From: Octopus bimaculoides
Taxonomy: Eukaryota
Direction of reading: 5' to 3'
Assembly: GCF_001194135.2 (NCBI RefSeq)
Contig: NC_068984.1
Location: 100,288,451-100,352,450 of the forward strand
DNA length: 64,000 bases
The first letter of the stretch is position 1. Every line of letters begins with the position of its first letter. The position numbers and the translations under genes are program-made. This document shows positions 1 to 12,830 of this stretch, piece by piece. Below the pieces are notes generated by a model. That model was not told where the DNA came from. It saw nothing but the letters and a program-made list of their open reading frames with translations, and did no database searches.

Positions 1-284
1 CAAGAGATTTAACTGAGGCAGCATTCATCCAAACTTTCAAGATCCAACTTCAGTTTTATCATCGCATTGTCTCTCTACTACCTCTGTCAAATGAATCACC
101 AAAATTGGCCTTTCATTATTTATAATCTGTACCTGTTTGTTTGGTTACGAAATAAAATACACAAAACGTGTTTCTGAATTACGTGTATTTACTTTATATA
201 CATATGAGTTGAAAACTTTCTTCTGGCATTCCACTTAATGTCTATGTTCCATGCTGGCATGGATTGGAGAGTTATTAATGTAGA

Positions 285-389
285 AATATGGTATCGTAGC
301 TACTAAAAGTTGAGGGTTGCGTAGTCTAGACAACGTTTTTAGATTTCATTATTGTCTTTAACCCGGGCAACGCCGGGTGTTTCTGCTAG
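285..389 (+). mobile_element. Helitron-type 3' terminus (non-autonomous fragment)
   Basis: Hairpin CCCGG-gcaacg-CCGGG (362-377), 8-nt spacer, then CTAG (386-389) followed by T, which is the canonical Helitron 3' end. The 5' boundary is approximate. Confidence 0.65.
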
Positions 390-1129
390 TAAATAATAAA
401 AACAAAGTTCATTTTGATGGAAATAAAGCTCTCAAAATAAAGGGAGCTACACATCAAATCCTAAGCTAAAACATACCATGTTTGGATCTAATAAAAATTC
501 ATGAAAATAATACAGCATACAAAACACACATTTTTGTTGTTTGCCTTAAGTTGGAAAAGATCAAATAAAATCTGTGACAAAAGTTATGCTGAAGTCTGTC
601 TCACTGGCTCACATGTACACTTGCATAAAACAGAGTGTAATCTGAGTGAGATTTGGTTGCTATTTCTAACAGCAACCATGTAGTGACTCCATGGTTTATC
701 TACTATTAAGTCAAGCTTAAAAAAAAATTAAAAAATCTATAAAGAAAAGTGTTCTATCTATGACCGTTCAAGCTTTTGAGTTCTAGAATTAGGATTACGT
801 TATCTGTTTCCTAATGTTTTTAAGACAGTAAAGTGAGATTTTAAGGAAGATTTGGGTGCTATTTTTAGTAAATCAAATCCTGAACATCATGGTGCGTGAA
901 AAATAAGGTGAAGCATTGAGGGAGAAATTTATTGCTGCAAATAAATACAGACTGTTGTTACGGTTAGGTAAAAGCTGTAAAAAGATAGCCACATTATATA
1001 ATGTTTAATATTTGACTTTCGAGTTCACTTCTTGTTTTTGACCTTCATCTGAAGGTTAATTAAATCACTGCTAAGTTTCAGAATATACTGAGAGCATATG
1101 TTCTATTAATTATATCAACCTGCCTGACA

Positions 1130-1470
1130 AATAAGCCCTGGTCCCAATGATAACATATGTATAGCCATCACTCACAACTGAGTATGACTTGATATTATGT
1201 TCAATATATTTTCAGACTATTTTAGGTGCCCATGTAGTCATGAGAAGACATAGACAACCTTTTGGCTTTCCCAATTCTTTGCCAGCAGAACATCCAGGGT
1301 ATAATAGTTAAAAGTTGACAGAACTGCACCAAAAACTGCTACTTATTTTTAGCTAAGCAAACTGGAGCAATGTGAAATGAAGTGACTTGCTCAAGGAAGT
1401 AATACATTATCTAGTCCAGGAATTGAGTACTATGCTTTCAGATCATGAGCTAATCACCCTAATCACTCAG
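1130..1470 (-). mobile_element. Degenerate tRNA-headed SINE with CORE-like segment (family C); other copies about 46655-46945(-), 51935-52185(-), 53720-53930(+)
   Basis: Shared motif ctggagcaatgtgaaatgaagtg(a/t)cttgctcaagg, similar to the reverse complement of the CORE-SINE domain. Confidence 0.6.
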
Positions 1471-2256
1471 CCCAATGTCATATACATATATAATGTTGTT
1501 GTTGCCAGGGAGCTACTTATATCAGTGCAATCTTTTTTGTCCTATAGTTGCAGTGTGTGTGTGTGTGTGTGCATATGTACAGAGATGCAGCATCAGACAC
1601 ACATACCTACATCCCTATACACAACTGCAAAGACAACTGTATACTAATTAGCTAATTTCTTGCAGCATTCATTAATTCGGTATAATTAAAGAGTTACAAA
1701 GGAAAGGGGCCACGCGTATGTGGAGTGATTTTGAAAAGGGAGAAGAAAAGGGGCCGTGTGTGCAGGTGGTGACTGTATTGAAATAATAACTAGGTCAATA
1801 CCTGGTAGGTAGACCTAGATTTAATATAGGTGTTTGTATGGGGGGGAATTGGGGAAACAAGATGTCCAAAACAGAGGCAGAAGAAGTGACAGAGAGGAAG
1901 AGAAAGGGAGGATGAAACAATGGGTGTTTGTGTGGAAGAGAGCGAGAAAGAGAGGAGGGAAGAGAAGACAAGGCAGAAAGAGAGAAGAAGAGAGAATGAA
2001 GGGATAATGGGGAATAGGGAGACAAAGGAGGGGCAAAAGAAGGAGAGACAAGAGAGAAGAATGACTACAAAAAGAAGAGAGGATGTCAGTGTTGAGAAAC
2101 TCGTATAAGGGAAAGGGAACTAAACTGACATTCTTCTCGCTAAAAATCTCCCCCAATAAAATATTGACCCACCACCCATGCCAGCCCAGTCAGAAGTTCT
2201 ATACTATGTTGCGAGAATGCATTTTGTATATACACATGCATATGTATACATACATG

Positions 2257-2463
2257 TGTGAATTCTTTTACTCTTATTTGTTTCAGTCATTTGACTGTGA
2301 TCATGCTGGAGCACCACCTTTAGTCAAACAAATCAACCCCAGGACTTTGTAAGCCCAGTACTTATTCTGTCAGTCTCTTTTGCTGAACCATTGGCTTATG
2401 GGGATGTAAACAGACCAACATTGGTTTCCAAGCGATGGTGGGGGTACAAACACAAAGACACAA

Positions 2464-2512
<49 letters not shown>

Positions 2513-2634
2513 ACTTGGGGATGGTCATATTGCCAGTTTAGCCAATAAATATATATATATGATGGGATTCTTCCAGTTCCCATTTACCAAATCCACTCAC
2601 AAGGCTTTGGTCAGCCTGAGGTTATAGGAGAAGA
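2257..2634 (-). mobile_element. Octopus-type tRNA-derived SINE (family A), degenerate, running into an N gap
   Basis: Matches the family A copies at 3180-3607 and 50649-51101 (tttcagtcatttgactg...gctggagcaccacc...caaatccactcacaaggctttgg), with an internal (CA)/(TA) tract. Confidence 0.85.
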
Positions 2635-3179
2635 NNNNNNNNNNNNNNNNNNNNNNNNNNNNNNNNNNNNNNNNNNNNNNNNNNNNNNNNNNNNNNNNNN
2701 NNNNNNNNNNNNNNNNNNNNNNNNNNNNNNNNNNTACTGAAATAGTGTAAGAGATAAGAGATTGCTCTGGGCTTGCATTAGGCACGAATTTGAAAATTTG
2801 GCCCATGACACTGCAGGGACCCCCTAAGTAGAGCATGTGTAAAATTATATATATAAAGAAAGAGTTAATGTTTGTTTTTTATGTTATAATAAAAGCAATC
2901 TTACATTAATCTAACAGGTTACTTTATACTTTTGTTGAGTACAAATTTATCATGCTTAATCAAGAATATTACTGATAGCGACTTCAAAGTTTTAGCTAGT
3001 TAAGCCCTCATTAGACAGGCAGTCTGACAATGGCTTAACTGGCTGAAACTTTGAAGTCACTGTCAATAGTATTTTTAAGGAAATAAATAAATATACATAT
3101 ATATATACATACACACACATATGCATGCACCCAGGTATAAATACATACACACACGTATAAACATGCAATATATATATAC

Positions 3180-3605
3180 TCTCTCTTTTACTCTTTCAGT
3201 CATTTGACTGCAGCCATGCTGGAGCAACGCCTTTGGTCGAGCAAATCGACCCCATGTCTTATTCTTTGTAAGACCTAGTACTTATTCTATCAGTTGCTTT
3301 TGCCGAACCGCTAAGTTACGGGGACGTAAACACACCAGCATCAGTTGTCAAGCGACGTTGGGGCGACAAACACAGACACACACATAATATATACATATAC
3401 ATATATACGATAGGCTTCTTTCAGTTTCCGTGTACCAAATTCACTCACAAGGCTTTGGTCGGCCCGAGGCTATAGTAGAAGACACTTGCCCAAGGTGCCA
3501 CGCAGTGAGACTGAACCCGGAACCATGTGGNNNNNNNNNNACGCAGTGAGACTGAACCCGGAACCATGTGGTTGGTAAGCAAGCTACTTACCACACAGCC
3601 CTGCG

Positions 3606-3607
<2 letters not shown>
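3180..3607 (-). mobile_element. SINE family A, full length, relatively young
   Basis: Reverse complement of ggcgcagg..gctgtgtggtaagtagcttgcttaccaaccacatggttccgggttcagt... (tRNA-like A/B-box head) through the ...gactgaaagagtaaaagag tail. Many CpGs are retained. Confidence 0.9.
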
Positions 3608-3641
<34 letters not shown>

Positions 3642-4214
3642 CATATATGGTACCCCAGCATTGCTATAATCTAATGACTGAAACAAGTACAAGGTAAAAA
3701 ATAAAAAGATACACATACAAATTCCTATATAATAGACAGACGTGTGTATATATATATATTTATTATATATATGCACACATACATATACATATTCTCACAC
3801 ACCCAACCATGTCATATCTCTCTCTGGCAGCTGTATCATCTTTAAACTCCTGCTGCTTACCTCCACCTACTTTTCTCCTGCACCCTTCTGTTTATCTGAA
3901 CTCAGTTCCTTGTTCATCCACCCTATGTACTTTGGCAGTCTGACTCTCCATCCCATACAATCTTAGTCAACCCACCCATCTCTCTTCATATTCTGCTTTA
4001 TGGTATCACCTGGGCACCTCATCACCATTGTCTATCTCTTGCAGCTCCTACTGTTCATTTTGTCTTTCTCTCCCCCTAATAGATGTGGGTACTCATGCAT
4101 ATCCCTCTACTAGAACCTGTTCATCCCTTCTTATACTAATCCGCTTGTCCCATGGCCTCCCTTGGGTTTTTAGTCCTTCAAGCTGCATAGTGACTTCAAT
4201 AGAGCAAGTGGAAT

Positions 4215-4760
4215 GAAAAGAAGCACCTAATGGATGCATCCTGCCATTTCCAAAGAAGGGAGATCTCAGGGTCACCAAGAACTACAGAGGGATTACTCTC
4301 ACTGCCATATCAGACAAAGTTTACAATGCCATGCTTCTCATTTGTATTCGACTGAAGATTGGAAAGGCCTTAAGGAAAAAACAGAATTGCCTTTGAAGAA
4401 ACATAACTTTCTCCCAGATTCTTATATTCCCAAGAGTTATTGAAGGAATTTAGGCAAGGAATTCAAAAGCAACCTTCTCTATTTAACTTTTCTATGGCCT
4501 TTGACTTGATACACAAAAAGAAAATAGAAAAAAATACTTTTTCCATACGGTATCCCAAAGGAAACTGTCAATGCCATCATAATGTTGTATAAAAATACTC
4601 CATCTGTAGTTTGTTCTTCAGATGGCAACAACTAGCATCCTCCAAGGCGACACTTTGGCACTCTACATGTTCATTATATGTCTAGATTATGTTCTAGATA
4701 CCTCTGTAGATGAGATAAAGAACAATGGATTCATTCTTCAACCAGCCAAAAGCATACATC
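4215..4760 (+). mobile_element. RTE-clade non-LTR retrotransposon reverse-transcriptase fragment (decayed)
   Basis: Across frameshifts it translates as GCILPFPKKGDLRVTKNYRGITLTAISDKVYNAMLL...YGIPKETVNAIIMLYKNT...LQGDTLALYMFIICLDYVL, which are typical RT motifs. Confidence 0.88.
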
Positions 4761-5034
4761 ATATGCACTCCAATTCCTTGTCACCAATAGTCTCCAAAAG
4801 TATGAGCTAAAGGTTTCAGGCATTTGTTTGCCTTTTTTTTATCTTTTATTTATTGGAGGACCATCATGATGCATGTTCTAAATTTATGACAAGCCTTTAT
4901 AATCCTTTAAGCTTTGCTTTCTGTATTTCTTGTTTCAGCAGTTTCAGATAATCCACACAAGAATGACCAGTGGAAGCAAAATAATTTTTTGTCTAATCTT
5001 TTTTTTTTTTTTTTTGGTGCTGCGAATGGCAATG

Positions 5035-5035
5035 A

Positions 5036-5075
<40 letters not shown>
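5035..5075. repeat. (TAG)n microsatellite
   Basis: Directly visible. It generates the poly-L, poly-S and poly-V pseudo-ORFs in the track. Confidence 0.97.
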
Positions 5076-5076
<1 letters not shown>

Positions 5077-5681
5077 AAAGAAGTAACAGCAGCAGCAAGG
5101 TGTCTTCCTGAATTAATATAATTAAGATAATGTAATTTATGACTCTATACCTTACCCTATTTTCTTGAACCTCTTATCAATAGACTTTCGTTAAGATATA
5201 CAATAACCCAAACCTGCAGCTTAACTTAGCGATAGCTCAGCTAAAGAGTGATTACAGCACTGGAACACAGACACACATCAACATACATACATACATACAC
5301 AAACATTTAAAATGCCTCTTTTCAAAATGATTATGCAATTTTGATTTTTCCTTCTGAAAGAAAAGTATTCCATAGCTTCCAAAATTCTCTGGAATTCACT
5401 GATTAAAGTTCTTTAAAATGTCCTCTGATAAGAAAGTTCTTAATTTTAAATTTATTGATACTTTAAATTTGAAATACAGTAGAGACCAGAGGTGGTTATA
5501 TATGAAACAAAGAAATTAAAACAGACACTTCAGTAGTCTACCACACACAAATGCATAAAGCATAGCATGCCTTTTCCCCAAAGTTTGATAGGTAGTATAG
5601 TCAAGCACTGGTGTGTACTGAATTTTGTTAGCTGTCTGTTTATATGTGTATTTATATTATATCTATCTATCTATATATATA

Positions 5682-6206
5682 NNNNNNNNNNNNNNNNNNN
5701 NNNNNNNNNNNNNNNNNNNNNNNNNNNNNNNNNNNNNNNNNNNNNNNNNNNNNNNNNNNNNNNNNNNNNNNNNNNNNNNNNNNNNNNNNNNNNNNNNNNN
5801 NNNNNNNNNNNNNNNNNNNNNNNNNNNNNNNNNNNNNNNNNNNNNNNNNNNNNNNNNNNNNNNNNNNNNNNNNNNNNNNNNNNNNNNNNNNNNNNNNNNN
5901 NNNNNNNNNNNNNNNNNNNNNNNNNNNNNNNNNNNNNNNNNNNNNNNNNNNNNNNNNNNNNNNNNNNNNNNNNNNNNNNNNNNNNNNNNNNNNNNNNNNN
6001 NNNNNNNNNNNNNNNNNNNNNNNNNNNNNNNNNNNNNNNNNNNNNNNNNNNNNNNNNNNNNNNNNNNNNNNNNNNNNNNNNNNNNNNNNNNNNNNNNNNN
6101 NNNNNNNNNNNNNNNNNNNNNNNNNNNNNNNNNNNNNNNNNNNNNNNNNNNNNNNNNNNNNNNNNNNNNNNNNNNNNNNNNNNNNNNNNNNNNNNNNNNN
6201 NNNNNN
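5682..6206. other. Assembly gap (N run); other gaps at 2635-2735, 3531-3540, 24710-24719, 26826-27194, 30746-30965, 59810-60164
   Basis: Runs of n in the sequence. Small exons could be hidden inside them. Confidence 0.99.
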
Positions 6207-6526
6207 ACACACACACACACACAAAGTGGGTACTGAAAAATTCCTGGCTTTGAGGGCATCGAGAAAGGCCCAGTTGGGAGCCCAACTATCTGGGCTTTTT
6301 TTACAGGACTTCTTCTGAACTAGATCGATACTTTATTGCTACAACACCAAACAAAACAAACAAAAAAAAAAAATTAATGAAAGGCAATGCTGACCTCAAC
6401 AGAATCTGAACTCAGAGCATCTTTTAAGTCTCCCTTGTAGGCTGGTATGGGTTGAACAGTTTAACAGCATCTACTGGGTCTCAGAACTGCATCACACTTC
6501 AATGTCTGCTTTTGTTACCACTCAAA

Positions 6527-6563
<37 letters not shown>

Positions 6564-8620
6564 ACCAATTTGAATGTATACATATTTTTATATATCAATT
6601 TTAGATATTTTCTTTTTTAAACTTTAGTTGCTTTTCATTTTCTCACCTGCTATCATTTTAATTATAATGAATCAAACCTTGTTTCACTCCTCAAATAAGC
6701 TGCTTTTCCAAGAAAGAATTTACGTACCTGAATTTTGCTGTAGCCTGCTGTTGTACAGCTCACCACCATTTCCTTATTATCATCATGCTAGATTTGACTA
6801 GGATATATAGACAATCAGCCATATGTTTAGTTGAACCCATCAAGAAATTCAGAATAATTCAATGGGATTTATTCTCAATCAAGTGAAGAAGTGTACACAC
6901 CAATAGACGATACAGATATATTTTGTGTATACATATACATATATGTGTGTGTGTGTACATATATACATACACACACACACGACAAACACATATCATACTC
7001 AACAACACAGTGGTTTTATTTAGTACTCTCATGTTTTTGTAGCAGAAAATAGACAAGAACACTTTATATTCATATGTAAGATTGTGTGTGTGTGCTTTAT
7101 TTACCACTGTCTGAAATATATTGTTTACAGCAATAGATGTATATGAAACAAGTGGAAACAATTGAGATATTTTCCCCACTCACCAATTTTGGAAATGTTC
7201 TATTTAAATTCAGCTTTTCCCGTTTAAAGTTTTCACACACACACAGGTGTATATATACCCACAGATACAGTTTTTACGGAGTGAATCTCAAAACATTTTC
7301 TATGAGTGGATGGCCTCTGTTGTCCACCTTCATCTGTTTTCAAGTAAGGTAATATTTTGTCATGATCAAACATGTTTATATGGAAGACTGGAAATGAACG
7401 ACACTGCTTATATGATGGTGATGCACATTTACAACCACCATGCAATGTCAAGATGAGGCACAAACTGAAATACATGTATTTCTCTCTCTCTCTCTCCCCC
7501 ATATACACACACAGCAATACAACAGGCTATCTGTTTCTGACTATTAAATCCACTCATGATTTAGTAGAAGACACTTGCACGAAGAGCCAAGCAGTGGGAC
7601 TGAACAGAAACCACATGTTTGGTAAGCAAAGTTCATAACCACACAGCTACATTTGCACCTAACATGTGTGTCTGTATAAGTTTAAACATATATGTGAGTG
7701 TGTGTACATACATGTAAGTATATATGTGCGCATGCTTATATGCTTTCATAGACAAAGAGATAAATAGATTATGACTTTATATATGTGTGTGTGTCTCTGT
7801 ATACATAAGCATACAAATACATATAAAGAAATTTTATGGTTTCATATACACGCATGCTCCCACACATACAATAGAGGTGAAAAATATTGGTAGAGTGTTA
7901 CATCTGGCATTACCATACAATGTTTGGTTGTTCAGCTCACAAGAACATACATCTGTGAGAAGTGAACTACACTAAATATACCCCACAGACACATTACAAA
8001 TCTTTGGGCTAAATATTTGGATAGGTTAGATGCAGCTAAACAATATTCCCCAAGGCATACATGGAAAATTCTCTCAGCCAAAAATTTCAGTAAGCATTTA
8101 GTTCTACTTTAAAAGCCTCTGTGATGTCTAAACTTAAGAATTAGATGCCCTCACCAGAGACCCAAGTAGGCTTAATATGGCTTCTTCCTTTTTAATATGA
8201 TGCCAGGTGTAGCTTGCAAAGACATTATCACATACCAAAGAATGCACACTGGGAAAATACATCCATTGCTATGTTGCAAGAGATGCAGGTCAGAGGAATA
8301 AATAGGTGTGACATTCTGTGTCTTTCTTAAGAGTCTCATCCACTGATTTCAACCAGGGATTGAAACTCAGTCATCACAAATGTACTGTGCCAAGAAGGAA
8401 TATTGACTGAAACTAGTAAAAGAGTAGAATGTTCTCTTTACTAACTAAAACAAATAGGTTAACTGAATTCTATTCAATTCTCTCTTTAAATGATATACAA
8501 CAGAAACATGTACATCCAGCTATTCTCATTTTCTTTCTTATATATTTATTTTCTCATGTGACATTTATCTGTGTATGGTGCTGTATATAGACACACACAC
8601 ACATATGGCACAGTTTTTAA

Positions 8621-8840
8621 CCCTTTAGCATTTAAACTGGCCTTATCCTGTCCAAATATTCAACCTATTTTATGCTCAAACCAGTCAGATCCAGCCTTTC
8701 ACTCATACCCTACAATATCATTCTAAAAATAAACAATCACATCATCAAAATCTGAAGTTACAGGATAATGAATGATTAATTCAAAACAATGTGAATAAAT
8801 AAGCATCAGATTTTGATGGAGTACTCTGAATGCTAAAGGG
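8621..8840. mobile_element. piggyBac-type MITE (220 bp)
   Basis: TTAA target-site duplication (8617-8620 and 8841-8844) and 12-bp perfect TIRs CCCTTTAGCATT...AATGCTAAAGGG. No coding capacity. Confidence 0.85.
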
Positions 8841-9569
8841 TTAAAAATATATTCATTGAAAGCATAACAGCTTCAAGATGTGTTCATAGAAAGACACATC
8901 AAGTCAAAAGAGAAATCAATCAAAAAAGTATTAGACAAAAATAGAAAAAGTTATTTGTTGAAATATATTCACATATTGCGTTTAACACTTGAGTTCTTTA
9001 TTTAGGGGCTACCATCATCCTCTCTATCACTGTATCAATATATATATCTATATTTCCATTTGTGTGTGTACACAGATTTTACACACACACACACACACAC
9101 ATAAGGTACAGGCATGGCTGTGTGGTTAAGAAGTAAACTTCTTAATTATGTGGTTTCAGGATCAGTCATACTGCACAGTACCTTAAGTATCTTCTCCCAT
9201 AGCTTGGGACTTCTGCAGGAATTCTGTTTGTATGTGTGTATGTGTGTATGATATGAGAGAGAGAAAGAGATATGCCTGAGGGTGGGAGGGCATGAAGAGA
9301 ATGTATCAATGTTGATATTCCATGTTTGCCACTAGTTGAGAAAAGTGGTCGCAATGTTGACATTCCTTGTTGACATTATGACTGGTCGCTCTGTACTTTC
9401 AAAGATCTGTGGAATAAAAAAAATCCCTTACTTGAAAACAGGAAAGGTTTGGCAACAGGAAGAGCATCCAGCCTTAAAATCTTGCCTCAAATGACTCCAC
9501 ATCCATGCTGGTATTGAAAAAACACATGTCAAGCAAATGAATGTAAGCACATAAATATATATACATACA

Positions 9570-9609
<40 letters not shown>

Positions 9610-10905
9610 GTGTGTGTGTGCGTGTGTATGTAAGCATACTCTCTATCTTATAAATAGTGGCTATCTCATCATGTCTAAGTGTAATAAGCTGAGCATTTTA
9701 TATTTCTGAGTTATGTCCCTTCGCATTCTGGCGAAAAATCCACCCCTGCCCCCAACTAAATTGTTGTTTTAGTGGAACTAATAAAGCACTGGACAATTTG
9801 CCTTCAGTAATTTAATCACAACTCTTCACATTCTAAGTTCAAATACCAGCAAAGTTGACATTAACCTTCATCTTTCTCAAGGTAGATAAAGTAAGTAATG
9901 GAGAGGAATATAAATAATATTGTCCTTCCAGAAATGTTTGACTTGTGCTTATTTTAAAAATCTCTCAACAGGGCATCAGAGAAAATATTTTGCAGTTCTT
10001 CCATCTCTTTATGTTCTGAGGTCAAATCCTGCTACAATCAACTATGCCTGGTAGGGAGGGTGGTTGATAAAATAGAGTACCAATTAAGTACTGAGGTTGA
10101 TGTAATCAGCTAAGTCTCCTCCTTTCGAATTTCTCACCTATGTCCATATTAGACACATTCAACAACTGGGGTTGAATGTATCAATTGTTCTCTCTCTCTA
10201 CACTAAAGTCATGTTGCTAAGTTAGAGATTATGCAGGCCTTGCACAGCAAATTTATAATAATAATATCATCAACATCATCATTCACTTAGCATTTGATTT
10301 TGTTTCTTCCGCAATTGGATCACTAGACATCAAGCTGCACCCCACAACTTTAAGTATATAGCACTTTTCTTATGGTTCTTGCTGTGCCAAGCAATCAGGC
10401 TTTCTATAGCACCAAGAATTTTTTTTATAATCATCAACGTATACACTAAAATTGAAACTATTCCTATAAGTTCAAATTCAATAATGAGGCTGACAATCCT
10501 ATTGACTAGAACTATACCCTCCTCTCAAATTTGTGATCTGGTGCCATAACATAAATATTGAAATAATCATTAACACCAACAGTTGTTAGGAAGAATTTCT
10601 CATCATTCAACCTCAGACTATAACTTGACAGTAATAACATCTCTGATAAGGAAAGGGCTGTACTTGCCCGTGTGATCCCTAATGCTCTAGTTCCAGTAAT
10701 CAAACAACAGTCAACTTTATCATGCAGTTTAATACAGCGTCTTTTCATATGCCACAGTTATATTTCTTTCCTTTAATTGTATAATGACAGGTAGTAATGT
10801 GTTGAGGCCCACAGCTCTGCAAGACCAAGTTTCGAACAAGTAACACTCCTGAAATCATACCGAGTTGACATGGAAACAGAAGGACAACAACAACAAAGTA
10901 CTTAC

Positions 10906-10966
10906 AAGTTATTTGTGATTTTGAATGATCATCGTTTTCTAAATCTTTACTTGAATCATAATCAGT
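10906..10966 (-). CDS. Coding exon (61 nt, phase 0-1): TDYDSSKDLENDDHSKSQIT
   Basis: Acceptor ttttattgtttccatgtttatcttgcag| and donor |gtaagt. Frame 0 is the only open frame and matches the phase-0 end of 20612-21397. The D/S/K/N composition resembles the large exon. Confidence 0.72.
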
Positions 10967-11030
10967 CTGCAAGATAAACATGGAAACAATAAAAATACAG
11001 TTCACGTATAAGTGTGCATACATATTTATG

Positions 11031-11032
<2 letters not shown>

Positions 11033-11103
<71 letters not shown>
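11033..11103. repeat. Compound (CA)n(TA)n microsatellite, representative of dozens of CA/TG/TA/GA tracts (e.g. 12788-12827, 19866-19905, 42908-42958, 50845-50923, 59752-59809)
   Basis: Directly visible. Most long N gaps abut such tracts. Confidence 0.97.
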
Positions 11104-11106
<3 letters not shown>

Positions 11107-12783
11107 TGTATACATAGATAATATATTCATATATAGCAAACAAAATTTAAAGTTTTAGATTAATGCTTTGAGAAAAATCAAAGTTTGAAGTTTCAAACTT
11201 AACATTTTTATAAGATTTTAAAGGACTTTCAACCTTATCTAAAACAGGGTTGCTTTTTCTTTGGATTGCCAAAAAATTTCCAAAGATTCAGTTCAATCAC
11301 TGTAAACCTTCAAACTTGTTTCAATGATATGTTGGTGTTTGGAATACAACTTACCAAATTAATTTTACCAACTGAATATTATATCATTATCCATTGATAT
11401 TATAAGTACCATGTTAAATTACATATTTGTAGGGATCACAAATAAGGTACATAATGACTCTGAATGGCTGACAGCATATTCTTCATTGCAACCCACATAA
11501 AATTACTGCTCATTTAAATAGTGCACTGCTGCTACACTCACACACACAAATTCTAGGACCCAGGCTCCAACTCACCATCTCAAATAAGGACATCAAGCTT
11601 GATTAACAGAGATTTACATACCAATATGCTTATTCAACGAATATGTTATTCCTTCTCAATATCTCTTCTACTGAGGCTACAGTATCCTTTATGGCTGTGT
11701 GTACCAATCTCTGCTCAGGGCTACCAGTGGCACCCACACTACCACTTGTCCTTATTGTGTCTCACTTTATCCCCACCCACACTCACTTCAAACTCTTGTA
11801 GTGAACAATTACCCCATAAAATTATAGCACCATAAAACTTTCACCCACCTGAATTTGATAATTCTATATACACTATTTGAGGAGGAAGAATGAGAAAGAT
11901 AAATGGAAAATGAGAAATAGCTAAACTAGATAGGAGAAAGTCAATGAGATATGGGTAGGATGAAGGGGTGAGTCGTAATTCTAATAAGCTCCCTAAAGAT
12001 ACAAATCAGTGAAATATAATGGGAACATTTTAGTAGAAGACGAAAATACAAAAGAAAAAAATGGAGAAAGAGTAAAAATAAAAGTCTATATTAGTCAGGA
12101 AAACGATTTCTTGTTTCAGATAGGAAATAGTTTTTTTTTATTATCTCCCTTGTCGTTTCCATTTCCACGAATGTCAGTGTTACAAAATTTTAGGTAAGTC
12201 AACAATAAATACATAATAATATTCTACGAAATCTGACTCAAACTACTAAGCCTTTCACCCACTCAATCTGCTTTTCTAACACAGACGATTTTCTGCCAGG
12301 TCACAAATAATATTTTCTCACTCAAATTGTTCATGTATTTTATTTGTTACATTTCGTGTCCTAAACTACTTGACATCAGGACCCATGAGTTTTACAGACT
12401 GGTGAAACAGATATAGATCCTGTTTAATTGTAGACCAGTGTTTATAGAAAGAATTCCTGAGGAATTACAATTCCAAGTGGAAGAACTGCATTGAAATGTT
12501 CAGTGTGGGATCTGCAATGGCAAACACAGTATGGTGGTACCAGGCCAGCTTATTTCAATGCATAACAGTAGCCTAACCGCATAGCCAGCACATCTGTCTA
12601 CAAACACTGTTATATATATGCACAGACTGCACTTATTGCTATACAGTGGTAGATAGAGTGTGAAAAGTACTTACAATACTTTGGTTGTGTCCACACGAAA
12701 GTTAAAAGCAGTGATGGGCTTCAAGACAGCATAGAATGTAGCCTAGGTGTTGCTATAGAAGATCCAGTGATCTGCAAGAGTGA

Positions 12784-12830
<47 letters not shown>

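Noticed and set aside
110-135. Possible terminal exon aaacag|GT ACA GAT TAT AAA TAA (would end the protein ...ITCTDYK*)
   Set aside because: The phase fits, but the acceptor is mediocre and a 5-codon match has no discriminating power.
3500-3571. Identical 31-bp sequence (acgcagtgagactgaacccggaaccatgtgg) on both sides of a 10-N gap
   Set aside because: Typical contig-overlap artefact at a minimal scaffold gap, not a biological duplication.
4907-5121. Poly-L/S/V, CVCV, YIYI, THTH and MMMM-rich ORFs throughout the track
   Set aside because: Translations of (TAG)n, (CA/TG)n, (TA)n and degenerate (GAT)n microsatellites.
5567-6318. Long ORFs containing X runs (also 26687-27337, 30600-31224, 59638-60358)
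   Set aside because: They are long only because N codons contain no stops.
6729-6790. Strong donor CAG|gtacgt with a short open frame (HDDNKEMVVSCTTAGYSKIQ)
   Set aside because: No acceptor gives an open phase-1 junction to exon 10906, so it could not be linked to the gene.
12675-12773. Exon-like segment with a cttgcag acceptor and gtaagt donor
   Set aside because: Stops in all three frames within the coding span of the gene, and the acceptor is built from a (CA)n tract. At most a cryptic or poison exon, with no further support.
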